Part shown: piece after piece, positions 20,817 through 29,829 of the stretch
How positions within the stretch are numbered: the stretch's first letter is position 1
Layout of the letters: every line of letters begins with the position of its first letter
Origin: an uncultured Myxococcales bacterium
GTDB lineage: Bacteria; Myxococcota; UBA4151
Assembly: GCA_964013405.1 (NCBI GenBank)
Contig: CAXGWI010000003.1
Span: 1 to 64,000, forward strand
Reading direction: 5' to 3'
Length of the DNA: 64,000 bases
Translations under genes and position numbers: made by a program
Notes under the pieces: model-generated
Databases searched by the model: none
Told to the model about the DNA's origin: nothing
What the model saw: only the letters and a program-made list of their open reading frames with translations

Positions 20817-20885
20817 GGGCTCAGCCTGAAGCACAGGCTGAGCCGCCCACGGACACTGGGAAGAACGAGGAGAGGAAAAGCACCC

Positions 20886-22007
20886 ATGGGCCTGACCTCA
20901 TTGATCCTCGCCAGTTCTCTTGCTGCCCCTTTAAGGGATTGCGACACCGCTCCCTGCTACCCAACAGCCTACGTGGATCAAGGCAATCGGGACTGGGCCT
21001 GCCGAGGGCTCACTTTTGCAAACCACTCCGGATCCGATTTTGGCATCGGTGGGTTTGAGGAAATGGATCGAGGGCGTGCTGTTTATGCGGCCGCCGGTGG
21101 CCAAATCATCCAAGTGGAAGACGGTCACTTCGATCGCTGCGTCAGTGGTCAGTGCGAAGGTGGCGATGGCTACGGCAACCATATCATCATCGATCATGGC
21201 GACGGCCGACAGAGCCTCTATGCCCATCTGCGAAATGGATCGGTGGTCGTGGAAGTCGGTGAGCCAGTGGACTGTGGCGCGGCCATCGGCCTGGTCGGTA
21301 GCTCAGGCTTTTCCACTGGGGCCCACCTTCATTTTGAGTGGCGGGTGGATGGAGCGTCCATCGACCCCTTCGCCGGCCCCTGTGGCGAGCCAAATACCGC
21401 TTGGGTCGAACAAGGCCCTCACGGTGCCCTGCCCGCCCGTCTTTGTGCAGGCGAGGGGCCGGCTGCGGGAGAAGACAACAGCCGAATCCTTGAAGAACCC
21501 GCGCCGGGGGAAATCGTCGCCGCTCGCGGCACCGAGGTCTCTTATTGTTGGCGCGTTGAAAATAGCGGCTCACGAACCTGGGAGCCAGAGATGGTCAATG
21601 GGGTGCTCGTCAGTGGCGAGCGCCTGGGCCAGGCTGGAACCTTGGGCCTCTCAGAGACCGTCTTACCGGGCGCTTCGACTCAGGTTTGCGCTGAACTCAC
21701 AATGGATGCGCCGGCCGGTGAGCGGAGCCGGGCGAGTTGGCGTCTGGCCCGGGCGGGCAGTGTCTTTGGCGCCATGCTGATCCTGCGCGTCGACGTGGTG
21801 GAACCAAGAGATGCCGGCCCAACCACTGCCGACGGAGGGTCCTTCCAGCCTGATCCGGATGGAGGTGTTCTGCCTCGACCCGATGGGGGCGATCATCCTG
21901 ATCACCCGACGGGGTGCGGCTGTGTGGCCGCTAGCCCCCTCAACCTCTGGTTGCTCTTGCTCTTCTTTGTCGGCCGGCGGCCCTATCGAGCGGGGACGCT
22001 GAACTGA
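20886..22007 (+). CDS. M23 family metallopeptidase with NBR1-type Ig-like domain and MYXO-CTERM tail
   Basis: HxxxD (HSGSD), YGNHIIIDH, YAHL and HxH (STGAHLHFE); WRVENSGSRTW Ig-like domain; C-terminal GCGCVAASPLNLWLLLLFFVGRR. Confidence 0.88.
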   Translation: MGLTSLILASSLAAPLRDCDTAPCYPTAYVDQGNRDWACRGLTFANHSGSDFGIGGFEEMDRGRAVYAAAGGQIIQVEDGHFDRCVSGQCEGGDGYGNHIIIDHGDGRQSLYAHLRNGSVVVEVGEPVDCGAAIGLVGSSGFSTGAHLHFEWRVDGASIDPFAGPCGEPNTAWVEQGPHGALPARLCAGEGPAAGEDNSRILEEPAPGEIVAARGTEVSYCWRVENSGSRTWEPEMVNGVLVSGERLGQAGTLGLSETVLPGASTQVCAELTMDAPAGERSRASWRLARAGSVFGAMLILRVDVVEPRDAGPTTADGGSFQPDPDGGVLPRPDGGDHPDHPTGCGCVAASPLNLWLLLLFFVGRRPYRAGTLN

Positions 22008-23044
22008 GCCATGATTCCCCCATCGGCGGGGGAGATCAATTGCACCTCGATGACCTGCTGGCCGCGCCGTGTGAGAATCGTACCGGTCAACACCGCATCG
22101 GTCTTCTTCGCCATGCGCTTCTTTCGCCCGTCACTCATGTCGGCAAACTTTTTGATCGGTTGTTTTTTGGCGACCGTGCAACCCGCAGCGCCGGATTTGA
22201 GTTGGTCGATCACCTGCTTGGCAGCCTTTCGGCCGTCGAGGCCGCTGGCGCCCCGACTGGTGAACTCAGCCACCGAGATCCGCAAGGGCCCTGGGCGTAC
22301 AGGCTGTCCCTTTTTCGCGCCACCAAAGGTGTCGCCCAGGTGGGTATAACTGCCCTTCGAACTGCTGGCTTTGACCTCGTACACTTCGATCTCGCCGACG
22401 GCGTCACCGCCCTTCATCACCTGGAGTTTGCTCCCCTCACCAATGCCGTGGCCTCGCCCTAAGGAGACCGTGATCTCACCAGCGATATGGGCCGTGATGC
22501 GCCCCCGGACACTGTTTCGTGGAGCACAGGCATGGCGATTCAATTGATGGAAAAGCCGAACGCCAAACTTTGGATCAAGCTCTACGGCTGCTTTGGCATC
22601 GCCACTGAGTTTTCCCGCCAGACCTTCGAGGAGTTCCTCAAGTAAATCCGGGTTACTCCAGCTCACCCGCTCGGCATGAACGGTGGCAGCCGTATCCACA
22701 TCGACCAGGCGAACATTCAAAATGCGCTTCGAGCCCAACCGCCCAACACTACCAACGAGAAAATAAGCCGCGTGGGCGTAGGCAGCGAGGTCGATAAAAT
22801 CGTCATCGCTGGCCGTCACCATCTGCAACTGCTTCTCTTCCATCATTTGGGCCATATGGTTCCGGTCGAGGACTTTATATTTGCCCTTCTGGCTCAGCAT
22901 CGTGCCCAACGTGTCGCCGATCTCGTCACCATCCCCTTGGGTGAGACCACCGCCCACCTTGAGGGGCATCAAAGCCAAGGTCTCCTGCTCGGCCATCGCT
23001 GGGCCGGCCACGAGAAGACTCGCAGCAATCGTCAGACGGAACAT
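21983..23044 (-). CDS. Exported protein with CsgG/FlgO/TolB-N-like domains flanking a FlgT C-terminal-like domain
   Basis: Signal peptide; YKVLDRNHMAQMMEE...YFLVGSVGRLG...LNVRLVDVDT; ITVSLGRGHGIGEGSKLQV...VGEIEVYEV; a second short CsgG-like unit at the C-terminus. Confidence 0.65.
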   Translation of the reverse strand: MFRLTIAASLLVAGPAMAEQETLALMPLKVGGGLTQGDGDEIGDTLGTMLSQKGKYKVLDRNHMAQMMEEKQLQMVTASDDDFIDLAAYAHAAYFLVGSVGRLGSKRILNVRLVDVDTAATVHAERVSWSNPDLLEELLEGLAGKLSGDAKAAVELDPKFGVRLFHQLNRHACAPRNSVRGRITAHIAGEITVSLGRGHGIGEGSKLQVMKGGDAVGEIEVYEVKASSSKGSYTHLGDTFGGAKKGQPVRPGPLRISVAEFTSRGASGLDGRKAAKQVIDQLKSGAAGCTVAKKQPIKKFADMSDGRKKRMAKKTDAVLTGTILTRRGQQVIEVQLISPADGGIMAQFSVPAR

Positions 23045-23913
23045 CAGTTCTCCTTCTTTGCCTCTGGCGGCTTATCGGACTCCGGAGGCGTCTTTTTATT
23101 CGGCGCCTTTGGGCCAATATCGGTTGGTTTCGACCGGCGCTTGATCAAGGGCCGCTTGGCTTTGCCTTTTTGCTCACTGGATTTGGAGGCATTCCCTGGG
23201 GAATCCTTGCTGGTCTTCGGTCCAGGGTTCGGGGGCGCTGACTTGGCATTCGCGGCCTCTGGCTCATCCCTCACGGCGGGCCCGACTGCGGGCTCGGAAG
23301 CCCCTAACTCCAGATCGGGTTCTCCATCCTCTTTGTCCTCTTTGGACTCCGCGGCCAAGAGATCACCTTTCGCCTCGATGACGTGGGTTAGGGGCAGCGC
23401 CTGGCGCATCTCGTCGGGAACCTGAGCCCACTTCAGTTGCATCCAGTCCGGCGCCCTTGGGGTAAAAACCGTGCCGTCCCCCATCCGGCCAGGGAGGGCC
23501 TCTAGGACGGAATCGAGCCGCTCGTCCCCATGCAGCGCCCTACGAATCACCTTGTCCACATCTTCCCATCGTAACTGGACCCGGCTGAAGTGGCTGCCGT
23601 CGGCCGGGTCCACCCAGCGGTCGCTCACCGATGCGACCAGGGCGACCTGAACATAGAGTTCCTTCGCTAGATCCGGCCCCAATGGCGTCAGGGCAGGGGC
23701 CAGCCAGGCGTCGAGTGCACCAGCGAGTTGGGAGGCGGCCATCATATCAGCCCCAGCGATGCCTTCCGCTGCGGGGGCCTCACCGATCGCGACCACGCCC
23801 CGCTTCGCAATGGCCGTCTCCCCGCTCACCCAATCCGGGGCGGGAGCCGGCAAGTAGGCACAAGCGATGCCAAGAAAACCGCCAAGACCGAGGGTTAGCC
23901 ATCGCATCAGCAC
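23044..23913 (-). CDS. Lipoprotein, LPP20-like, with a Lys/Pro-rich low-complexity tail
   Basis: Lipobox IAC; APDWV...VVAIGEA...DRWVDPADGSHF; GGAGG RBS. Confidence 0.6.
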   Translation of the reverse strand: MLMRWLTLGLGGFLGIACAYLPAPAPDWVSGETAIAKRGVVAIGEAPAAEGIAGADMMAASQLAGALDAWLAPALTPLGPDLAKELYVQVALVASVSDRWVDPADGSHFSRVQLRWEDVDKVIRRALHGDERLDSVLEALPGRMGDGTVFTPRAPDWMQLKWAQVPDEMRQALPLTHVIEAKGDLLAAESKEDKEDGEPDLELGASEPAVGPAVRDEPEAANAKSAPPNPGPKTSKDSPGNASKSSEQKGKAKRPLIKRRSKPTDIGPKAPNKKTPPESDKPPEAKKEN

Positions 23914-23968
23914 GACACCTCCTTGCCCAGAGCCTAGCCCAGGGGGCCACCGCTGCCCAGGAAAGGGG

Positions 23969-24424
23969 TCACGGTTTCGGATAAGAATAGAGAAAGTAGT
24001 AAACTCGCCCCTCTTTGCCGGACCATCTTCCGTGGGGGTCGATCCACTCCGCCTCCTGCTTCATTCCCTCGAGCACCGACTTAAAGAGTCGGCTGCTTTC
24101 ACTCCGATCGACAGCAAAGTGCCGCTGAATGCCCTCCTTCGATGTCTGATCGGAGCGGGTCACACGGGTGGAGATATCGACGCCAGCGACAGACACGGTC
24201 CCCAGCATGCTCGCCAGGTCACGGGCAGCCCGGTCCTGAGCGATTTTGCGGGCATCGCCCGGCATGCCGGTCGGACCGCCATAGCCCACCACCCAGAGTC
24301 GACTCTCGTCCTGAACGGGCGGCTCACCCGTGGCTTTCCACTGACTCAGCCACGGTGGCGGCTCCGGAACAGGTGGCGTGTGAGCACAGGCCAAAAAGAG
24401 AAGGGATGCGGTGAAACACCGCAT
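23969..24424 (-). CDS. LPP20-family lipoprotein
   Basis: ATG at 24424; lipobox FLAC; PPWL...VVGYG...AQDRAARDLA...EWIDP. Confidence 0.65.
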   Translation of the reverse strand: MRCFTASLLFLACAHTPPVPEPPPWLSQWKATGEPPVQDESRLWVVGYGGPTGMPGDARKIAQDRAARDLASMLGTVSVAGVDISTRVTRSDQTSKEGIQRHFAVDRSESSRLFKSVLEGMKQEAEWIDPHGRWSGKEGRVYYFLYSYPKP

Positions 24425-24461
24425 CCCCCTCTTTAGCAGAATCCAACTCAAGGGAACGCTC

Positions 24462-25010
24462 TTAGTTCCCACGAGCCTTTTCAAGTTCCGAATTCAGGTC
24501 ATCGAAGTTGCTCTCGGCCCGGGCTCGGATTTGGGCTGCAGCCCGCTTATCCAGGTCGTTCATCTTCTCCAGGTTGTCGCCGAAGGCGTCCAGATTCAGA
24601 TAGGCCAGCGAGTAGAGCGTGCCATCTTTGTCTTCCCAGTGATTGATGATGTTCACGCCCACCAACTTCACATCCACCAAACTCTTGGTGATGTCGGCCG
24701 TATAGGCTTCGACGTTTTCTGCCTCGGTATCGGTCACGCTCTCGCGGGAGCTCTTGTAGAGGTTGGTCACGTGCTTACCGAAGATGGCAGCCATCTCCTT
24801 GAAGGCCTCATTATGGGACTGAGTCCGCCGCATGATCTTATCTTTGGAGGTGCCGATCCCGACGGCATAAAATCCCTTGCCGTTGGGTGCATCATAGGCA
24901 CCACCCCCACGATGGACCCAGGCGGGGGTTCCGCTGGTGGCCGGTGTGGAGGCACAAGCCATGATCATACCGGCCGCAGCCATAACGGTAAGTGTCTTCG
25001 CAATTCGCAT
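24462..25010 (-). CDS. LPP20-family lipoprotein
   Basis: Lipobox MAC; PAWV...GFYAVGIG...AFKEMA...LVGVNIINHWEDKDGTLYSL...AESNFDDL. Confidence 0.8.
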   Translation of the reverse strand: MRIAKTLTVMAAAGMIMACASTPATSGTPAWVHRGGGAYDAPNGKGFYAVGIGTSKDKIMRRTQSHNEAFKEMAAIFGKHVTNLYKSSRESVTDTEAENVEAYTADITKSLVDVKLVGVNIINHWEDKDGTLYSLAYLNLDAFGDNLEKMNDLDKRAAAQIRARAESNFDDLNSELEKARGN

Positions 25011-25091
25011 GTCGTCTTCCTTTCAATAGCCCGACGGGCTGGTCAAAGTTGGGGCTGAGACGAATATCCCCTGTTCCTATTCAATCCATCC

Positions 25092-25111
25092 ACTGTGACG
25101 TGGTTCACAGT
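25092..25111. promoter_or_regulatory. CRP/FNR-family operator-like palindrome
   Basis: acTGTGA-cgtggt-TCACAgt is an exact TGTGA-N6-TCACA core with a 2-bp palindromic extension, in the intergenic region about 90 bp upstream of the 25010 start. Confidence 0.6.
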
Positions 25112-25144
25112 CTTCCTAATGCCTCCATGACAGGCCGACAACCC

Positions 25145-26665
25145 TCAGCGAGAGAGCGCCTGACGCAAGGCCTTCACCAAGCGCTTCCCCACACGCTTCT
25201 CGGCCTGTTCCGTGGCCGAGTCATCGTCGGTTTGCGTCCCCCGCCCGCTTGCGTCGAGTTGGGCCCGCTGGGCTCCCTGCTTGCGTACCGTCAACTGGGC
25301 CCTCACTTTACAGGTCCTGCGCATGCTCAGGTCCTTACAGGTCGCCTCGCCGATGGATAATTCGAGTTCCCAAGCCGCACTTGAATCATCGACCAGGTCC
25401 ATACCCAGCTTCTTGGAGAGTCCTTCACGCAGAGCACTCGGCGGCTCACTGCCGGAAAGGCGAACTCGAATCGGCTGCAGATTCAAGGTCATCTGTAGTC
25501 GCAGCCGCGCCACCACACCGGGATGCTTCAGCCGCAACCAACTGTTCTCCCCCTGATCCACGCCCGCAAGCGTTGCCATATCGACGGCGACAACAACCTT
25601 CGGACGGCGGCCCCAGATTCGCCAGTCTTTCACATGGGCCGTCCCAGCACGGGTCGTGACCAAGTGACTGGGCGACCGGGGCCCCATACGAAGTTTAAAG
25701 CGAACCGGCACGCCGTCCACCGGGCCACCATCGCTGGTGACCTCCGCACTGATCGTCAGCGCCGTTCCCACGGGAGCGGAACCCGGATCCGCCGCAGACA
25801 ACTGGAGGCCTGCTCCAGCTCGAGCGACGAGGTCATTGACCAGGGCCTCTGCCGGCCGGCCCGCGATCTGGAAGGGCACACCGAAGAGATTTCGCAGGGC
25901 GAGGCTGGCCCGCAGACCATGCCCCAAGGCTTTCACCGAATCCCCAGCGGCCAAAGCTTTCTCCGCAGCCTGGACCTGATCGAGCACCACGTCTTGGAGG
26001 GCTGCAAGTTGAGCGGCGATCTTCGCCTCCAGCTCCGCTTTATTGAAACGGCCCAGCACATAGGCATTTTGCTCGTCACTGTACTGATCATGAATCTCAG
26101 CACCCTCTAAGGAGGCATCCACGTGGGCCCGAATGGCCTCATCATAGTTACTTGCGAGGTTTTCACCGGCCTGATCGGTGTAGCTGCTGCGGAAGCTGTC
26201 CGCGACAGACTCCACATGGACCTTCAATTGGGAGCCGATGGCCGCGAAAGCTCGATCGCGAGCCTGGATCCGAGCCTCACCTTCATCGCTCTCGATATTG
26301 GCCATGCCCATGCCATAGATATAGGTCCCATCAGCGGCCGGCACCTGCATGATCCAGGCAGGCTTCCCCCTTGGCTTTGCAGGTTCTGCAGCCGGCGCTG
26401 GGTCCGGCTTGGTACGGATCGGCGCGGGTGCTGGGGCCTCTTTACGGGGACGAAGCGTCGTCAAATTCGGGGGGTTTTCTTCGATATCCCGAACCCGCTC
26501 CTCTTTCGTCTTCATCTTTCGGCGCTTCTCGAGGTCGAGAAAATTGGCACCCGCCCGGGCCTTGATTCGGTCCCGCTTGGCCTTTGAGAGTCGTTTCGGC
26601 CCTGTTTTCGGCGGTGGCGTGCTCACACAGCCCGCCATCGCCAACAGCAACAATCCCCGTTTCAT
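25145..26665 (-). CDS. Large LPP20-domain lipoprotein
   Basis: Lipobox AGC; basic/Pro-rich linker; KPAWI...YIYGMG...ARDRAFAAIGSQLKVHVES...LEGAEI; Ig-like segment (DGGPVDGVPVRF). Confidence 0.75.
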   Translation of the reverse strand: MKRGLLLLAMAGCVSTPPPKTGPKRLSKAKRDRIKARAGANFLDLEKRRKMKTKEERVRDIEENPPNLTTLRPRKEAPAPAPIRTKPDPAPAAEPAKPRGKPAWIMQVPAADGTYIYGMGMANIESDEGEARIQARDRAFAAIGSQLKVHVESVADSFRSSYTDQAGENLASNYDEAIRAHVDASLEGAEIHDQYSDEQNAYVLGRFNKAELEAKIAAQLAALQDVVLDQVQAAEKALAAGDSVKALGHGLRASLALRNLFGVPFQIAGRPAEALVNDLVARAGAGLQLSAADPGSAPVGTALTISAEVTSDGGPVDGVPVRFKLRMGPRSPSHLVTTRAGTAHVKDWRIWGRRPKVVVAVDMATLAGVDQGENSWLRLKHPGVVARLRLQMTLNLQPIRVRLSGSEPPSALREGLSKKLGMDLVDDSSAAWELELSIGEATCKDLSMRRTCKVRAQLTVRKQGAQRAQLDASGRGTQTDDDSATEQAEKRVGKRLVKALRQALSR

Positions 26666-26719
26666 CCGCTCATCTCCTCGTCACGGGGGGATGGACGTCC
26701 CCCCCGGCCAGACATTCAG

Positions 26720-28555
26720 CTAGTAGTTAAAGATCAACCCGCCCATGAGGGTAGGTAAGCCTGCTTGAAGGCCGGCTCGCCCGTGGATGCCGGCCCAGCC
26801 GGAACCGAGGAAGTAGTCCGCAAAAATATGCGTACCCGGGTGAAGATCTTCTGAGCCCGCATTGACGCCCACATCGAACTGAGCGCCGAAACCCAAGGCG
26901 CCACTGTGCCAGCGCTTTTTGAGGCCAAGGGCACCAAAGCCGGCGAAATCGCCAAGGTCGGCGCTGTAGTTCGTACCAAAGTCTCCCACAAACCAGAGCT
27001 CACTCAAGGCAGAGCTGTTGAATGCGAAGCCTAAACTCTTCGCAAAGCCAAAGGTGACCCCCATGCCACCGGCGATGATGAAGTTCCCACCGTTATCCCG
27101 GTGATCCTCAAGCATCTGATGCCCGAGATCACCCCGGCCGGCGATGAGTTCAGCTTCGGAGCTAACGTCCCGCTTCATACCGTCTTTGCCCGGCTTGTTA
27201 TTGGCCACTTTGCGAACCCGAGAGTAGCCGATCTTCTGGCGCTTCATGGCCGTGTTGTATTCAGCCACATAAAAGCCCTGGTCGACGCGAATACCTTCCC
27301 GGCTTCCCAGACCGAAACCAAGGCGGTCACCCACTTTGGAGTTGATGGGCGCCAGCAAGCGGAAGGGCTCAAGGCCTCTCATCTGCTGTTGAACGCTGCC
27401 ACCGATACTTGAGGCGGCGCCGCGACAGGCATCACGCAAACGCCGCTGTTGGCTGTTGCCGCTGGCCCGGAGCTTGGCAAAATGCTTCTTGTAAGGGGGC
27501 GCGTGCCGGAGGTGGTGGAAATCAAACTTGGCGCTCAGGCGACACTGCCATTCCGGGTGATAGGGCTTACGGGCGCTCTTGTTGTCCTCACTCGATGGAA
27601 ACATACACCGGGCCGGATACTGGGGCTTACTGGGTGCACGCTGTCCCTTTTGGGGATTCTTCTGCCAGGCCTCATACTTTGCCTGCTGCGCCTGAAAACG
27701 ATCCCGTTCCCGTTTCCGCTTCTGCAACCACTGCCCCGCCTTCATCCAGTCGGTTTCACCGGGGACTCGGACTTCGGACTGTCGACTCACTCGACCATTC
27801 TTGATGAGACCTTCGAGATTGCTGGCCCGCTCACTACGCCACGAGTCGAAACTCTGGCGAACATGAATGCGCTGATTGTTACCGTCGTTTCGAGGCCGCT
27901 TCGAATCGGGAATATCGCAGACAAGGACCCGCTTCACCCCGGCGCCGGTCAAGGTGGGCTGGTAGAAGAAAGCCGAGTTCATGACCCGCTCGAGGTCCCG
28001 ACCTTTGATATCGAACTCCTTATACTTCACGTTGAAGTCCGCTTCCGCCTTCGCCTTGTCCATCTTCGAGGCCTTCATGTAGTCGCTGAATGCCTTTAGA
28101 TTCTTTTGGTTCGGAGGCACCCCGTAGGGCATATCGACAAAGTCAAAGCGCACCATGCGGGTGGCCCGGCCGATGGCCTTGCCCACCATTTGATTCATGG
28201 CTTCGAGGGTCCAGGCACCACCAGGAAACCTCTGGCCATAAAATTTGAACCACCTCACCACATGCCAGCCTGGCTTATCCCAGACGGTCTCCGGCGCGAA
28301 GTAGAGCAAGGTCTTGCGACGGTAAGTGGCCGCGCTCTTGTCCTCCTGGCTCATCGCATCTTTGTCCGCGGTCGTCGCGTCCCGATGGTCCACTTTCGGC
28401 GCGGAGGGATCGGCCGCATCGCTAGGCGCCGTCGGACTGGCCGTGGGTCCCGTCGTACTGTCTGCTGCAGTGCCGCCTTCTTTATAATGACTATCCTGGG
28501 CGAGCCCAGGGGCTGCGATGAGGCAAACCGAAAAGAGAATCAGAGATTTCTTCAC
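26720..28555 (-). CDS. Exported protein with a GYF_2-like insert, a FlgT-C-like domain and a C-terminal beta-strand region ending in an aromatic residue
   Basis: Signal peptide; LIKNGRVSRQSEVRVPGETDWMKA; GLGSREGIRVDQGFYV...IGYSRVRKV; Gly/aromatic strands ending LIFNY. Confidence 0.55.
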   Translation of the reverse strand: MKKSLILFSVCLIAAPGLAQDSHYKEGGTAADSTTGPTASPTAPSDAADPSAPKVDHRDATTADKDAMSQEDKSAATYRRKTLLYFAPETVWDKPGWHVVRWFKFYGQRFPGGAWTLEAMNQMVGKAIGRATRMVRFDFVDMPYGVPPNQKNLKAFSDYMKASKMDKAKAEADFNVKYKEFDIKGRDLERVMNSAFFYQPTLTGAGVKRVLVCDIPDSKRPRNDGNNQRIHVRQSFDSWRSERASNLEGLIKNGRVSRQSEVRVPGETDWMKAGQWLQKRKRERDRFQAQQAKYEAWQKNPQKGQRAPSKPQYPARCMFPSSEDNKSARKPYHPEWQCRLSAKFDFHHLRHAPPYKKHFAKLRASGNSQQRRLRDACRGAASSIGGSVQQQMRGLEPFRLLAPINSKVGDRLGFGLGSREGIRVDQGFYVAEYNTAMKRQKIGYSRVRKVANNKPGKDGMKRDVSSEAELIAGRGDLGHQMLEDHRDNGGNFIIAGGMGVTFGFAKSLGFAFNSSALSELWFVGDFGTNYSADLGDFAGFGALGLKKRWHSGALGFGAQFDVGVNAGSEDLHPGTHIFADYFLGSGWAGIHGRAGLQAGLPTLMGGLIFNY

Positions 28556-28558
28556 CTC

Positions 28559-29716
28559 TTACTCCTCACAGGAAATGACGGCCATGGCGCCGCGACTGGT
28601 GGCCACTCGGCAACCCATGCCCTCCACCTGGCTTCCCAAGGAGAACATCAAACCACTGCTGTCGCCCTTCACCTTCACGATGAATTGCATGGTGCCATCG
28701 GTGGCCAGCGTGTTCTTCGCTTTGCCCAAAGCCTTCATCTGCTGAAAGACTTGGTTCTTCGCCGCGCCACTGCTGAAGTCACCCCGCCAGGTAAAGAAGA
28801 AGTTTTTGCCCTTCTTCGCCTGCTTCTTCCACTTCTTCGTCATCATACCGATCACCTTATTGGCTGCATCGGAGATGGCTTCACTCATGGCCACTTGAGC
28901 CTGGCCCATGGGGCGAGTCGGGCTGTAACCAGTGGCATCAGCAAGAGCCCGGCCTGTGGTGGTTTCGTAGGCCCGGAGTTGGGATTCCACCTTCATGTTG
29001 CTGCCTTGGGTTTGAACCGTGGCGGCATAGGTGATGTAGACCTCAGCGCCGAGGGCCAGCGCCACCTGGGCTGCTTCGTCCTCATCATGACCTGCGATCT
29101 CGCCAAGCTGACTCACAACTTCCTGCAAATCGCTGATGCCTGTCCGGTTCAGAACATCGAAGTCTCGTTCCTGAAGATACTCGTTGATGCGAGTCTCGGC
29201 GCTGGTTTGAAGCTTCGGGTTACGAAAGGACTTGGATGGCACTGCCACAATACTCGGATTACCGATCGCGTCGGCCACATCCTCGTCATCGGCGACCATG
29301 CCCTTGGCTTGCAGGCTCTCACGAAGATTCGCCACGTTCACTTCCACCATGGCCGTGTAGGTCACCCGGTTTGCGTCGAGGCGCTTGCTCCCAAGCATCT
29401 TCTTTTCGGTGGCGAAGCTGTGGGGGTCGATACCGGCAAAGAAGCCTTCACGCATGCCCATGTAGCGCTTCTTCTCATCGGGGCCGTTGGCAATCTTCTC
29501 TTTGATCGCCGCGTCGATGGCCACCTTCATCGAATCCATCTTGGCATTACCACCATCGGCGCCAATGCCGACGGTCTTGTAGGTCACCCGACCCACGTCT
29601 CCGCTTTCGTAAAACTGGGCATCCACCCCCACGGGGTGAGGCGGGTTCGGAACCACCGCCGGAGCGCAAGCGAGCGGCCCGACAAAGAAGAGTGACAACA
29701 ACAGATGCTTATTCAT
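28559..29716 (-). CDS. Lipoprotein with FlgT-N/LPP20-like and CsgG-like domains
   Basis: Lipobox LAC; TVGIG...AKMDSMKVAI...MVEVNVANLRESL; GNPSIVAVP; ALGAEVYI...LRAYETTTGRALA; AAGGAG RBS. Confidence 0.65.
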   Translation of the reverse strand: MNKHLLLSLFFVGPLACAPAVVPNPPHPVGVDAQFYESGDVGRVTYKTVGIGADGGNAKMDSMKVAIDAAIKEKIANGPDEKKRYMGMREGFFAGIDPHSFATEKKMLGSKRLDANRVTYTAMVEVNVANLRESLQAKGMVADDEDVADAIGNPSIVAVPSKSFRNPKLQTSAETRINEYLQERDFDVLNRTGISDLQEVVSQLGEIAGHDEDEAAQVALALGAEVYITYAATVQTQGSNMKVESQLRAYETTTGRALADATGYSPTRPMGQAQVAMSEAISDAANKVIGMMTKKWKKQAKKGKNFFFTWRGDFSSGAAKNQVFQQMKALGKAKNTLATDGTMQFIVKVKGDSSGLMFSLGSQVEGMGCRVATSRGAMAVISCEE

Positions 29717-29829
29717 GCGAGCTCCTTGCTCATCAAAAGTAGACGATGTTTTAGGGTATCGGCGGCGTCGACGCTGATCGCTCCCCTTTCATTCACGGGG
29801 GGGACCTTGGATCGTGCTCTGGCTTTCGG

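Noticed and set aside
28106..29695. 529-aa plus-strand ORF
   Set aside because: Antisense shadow of two real minus-strand genes; no domain signal.
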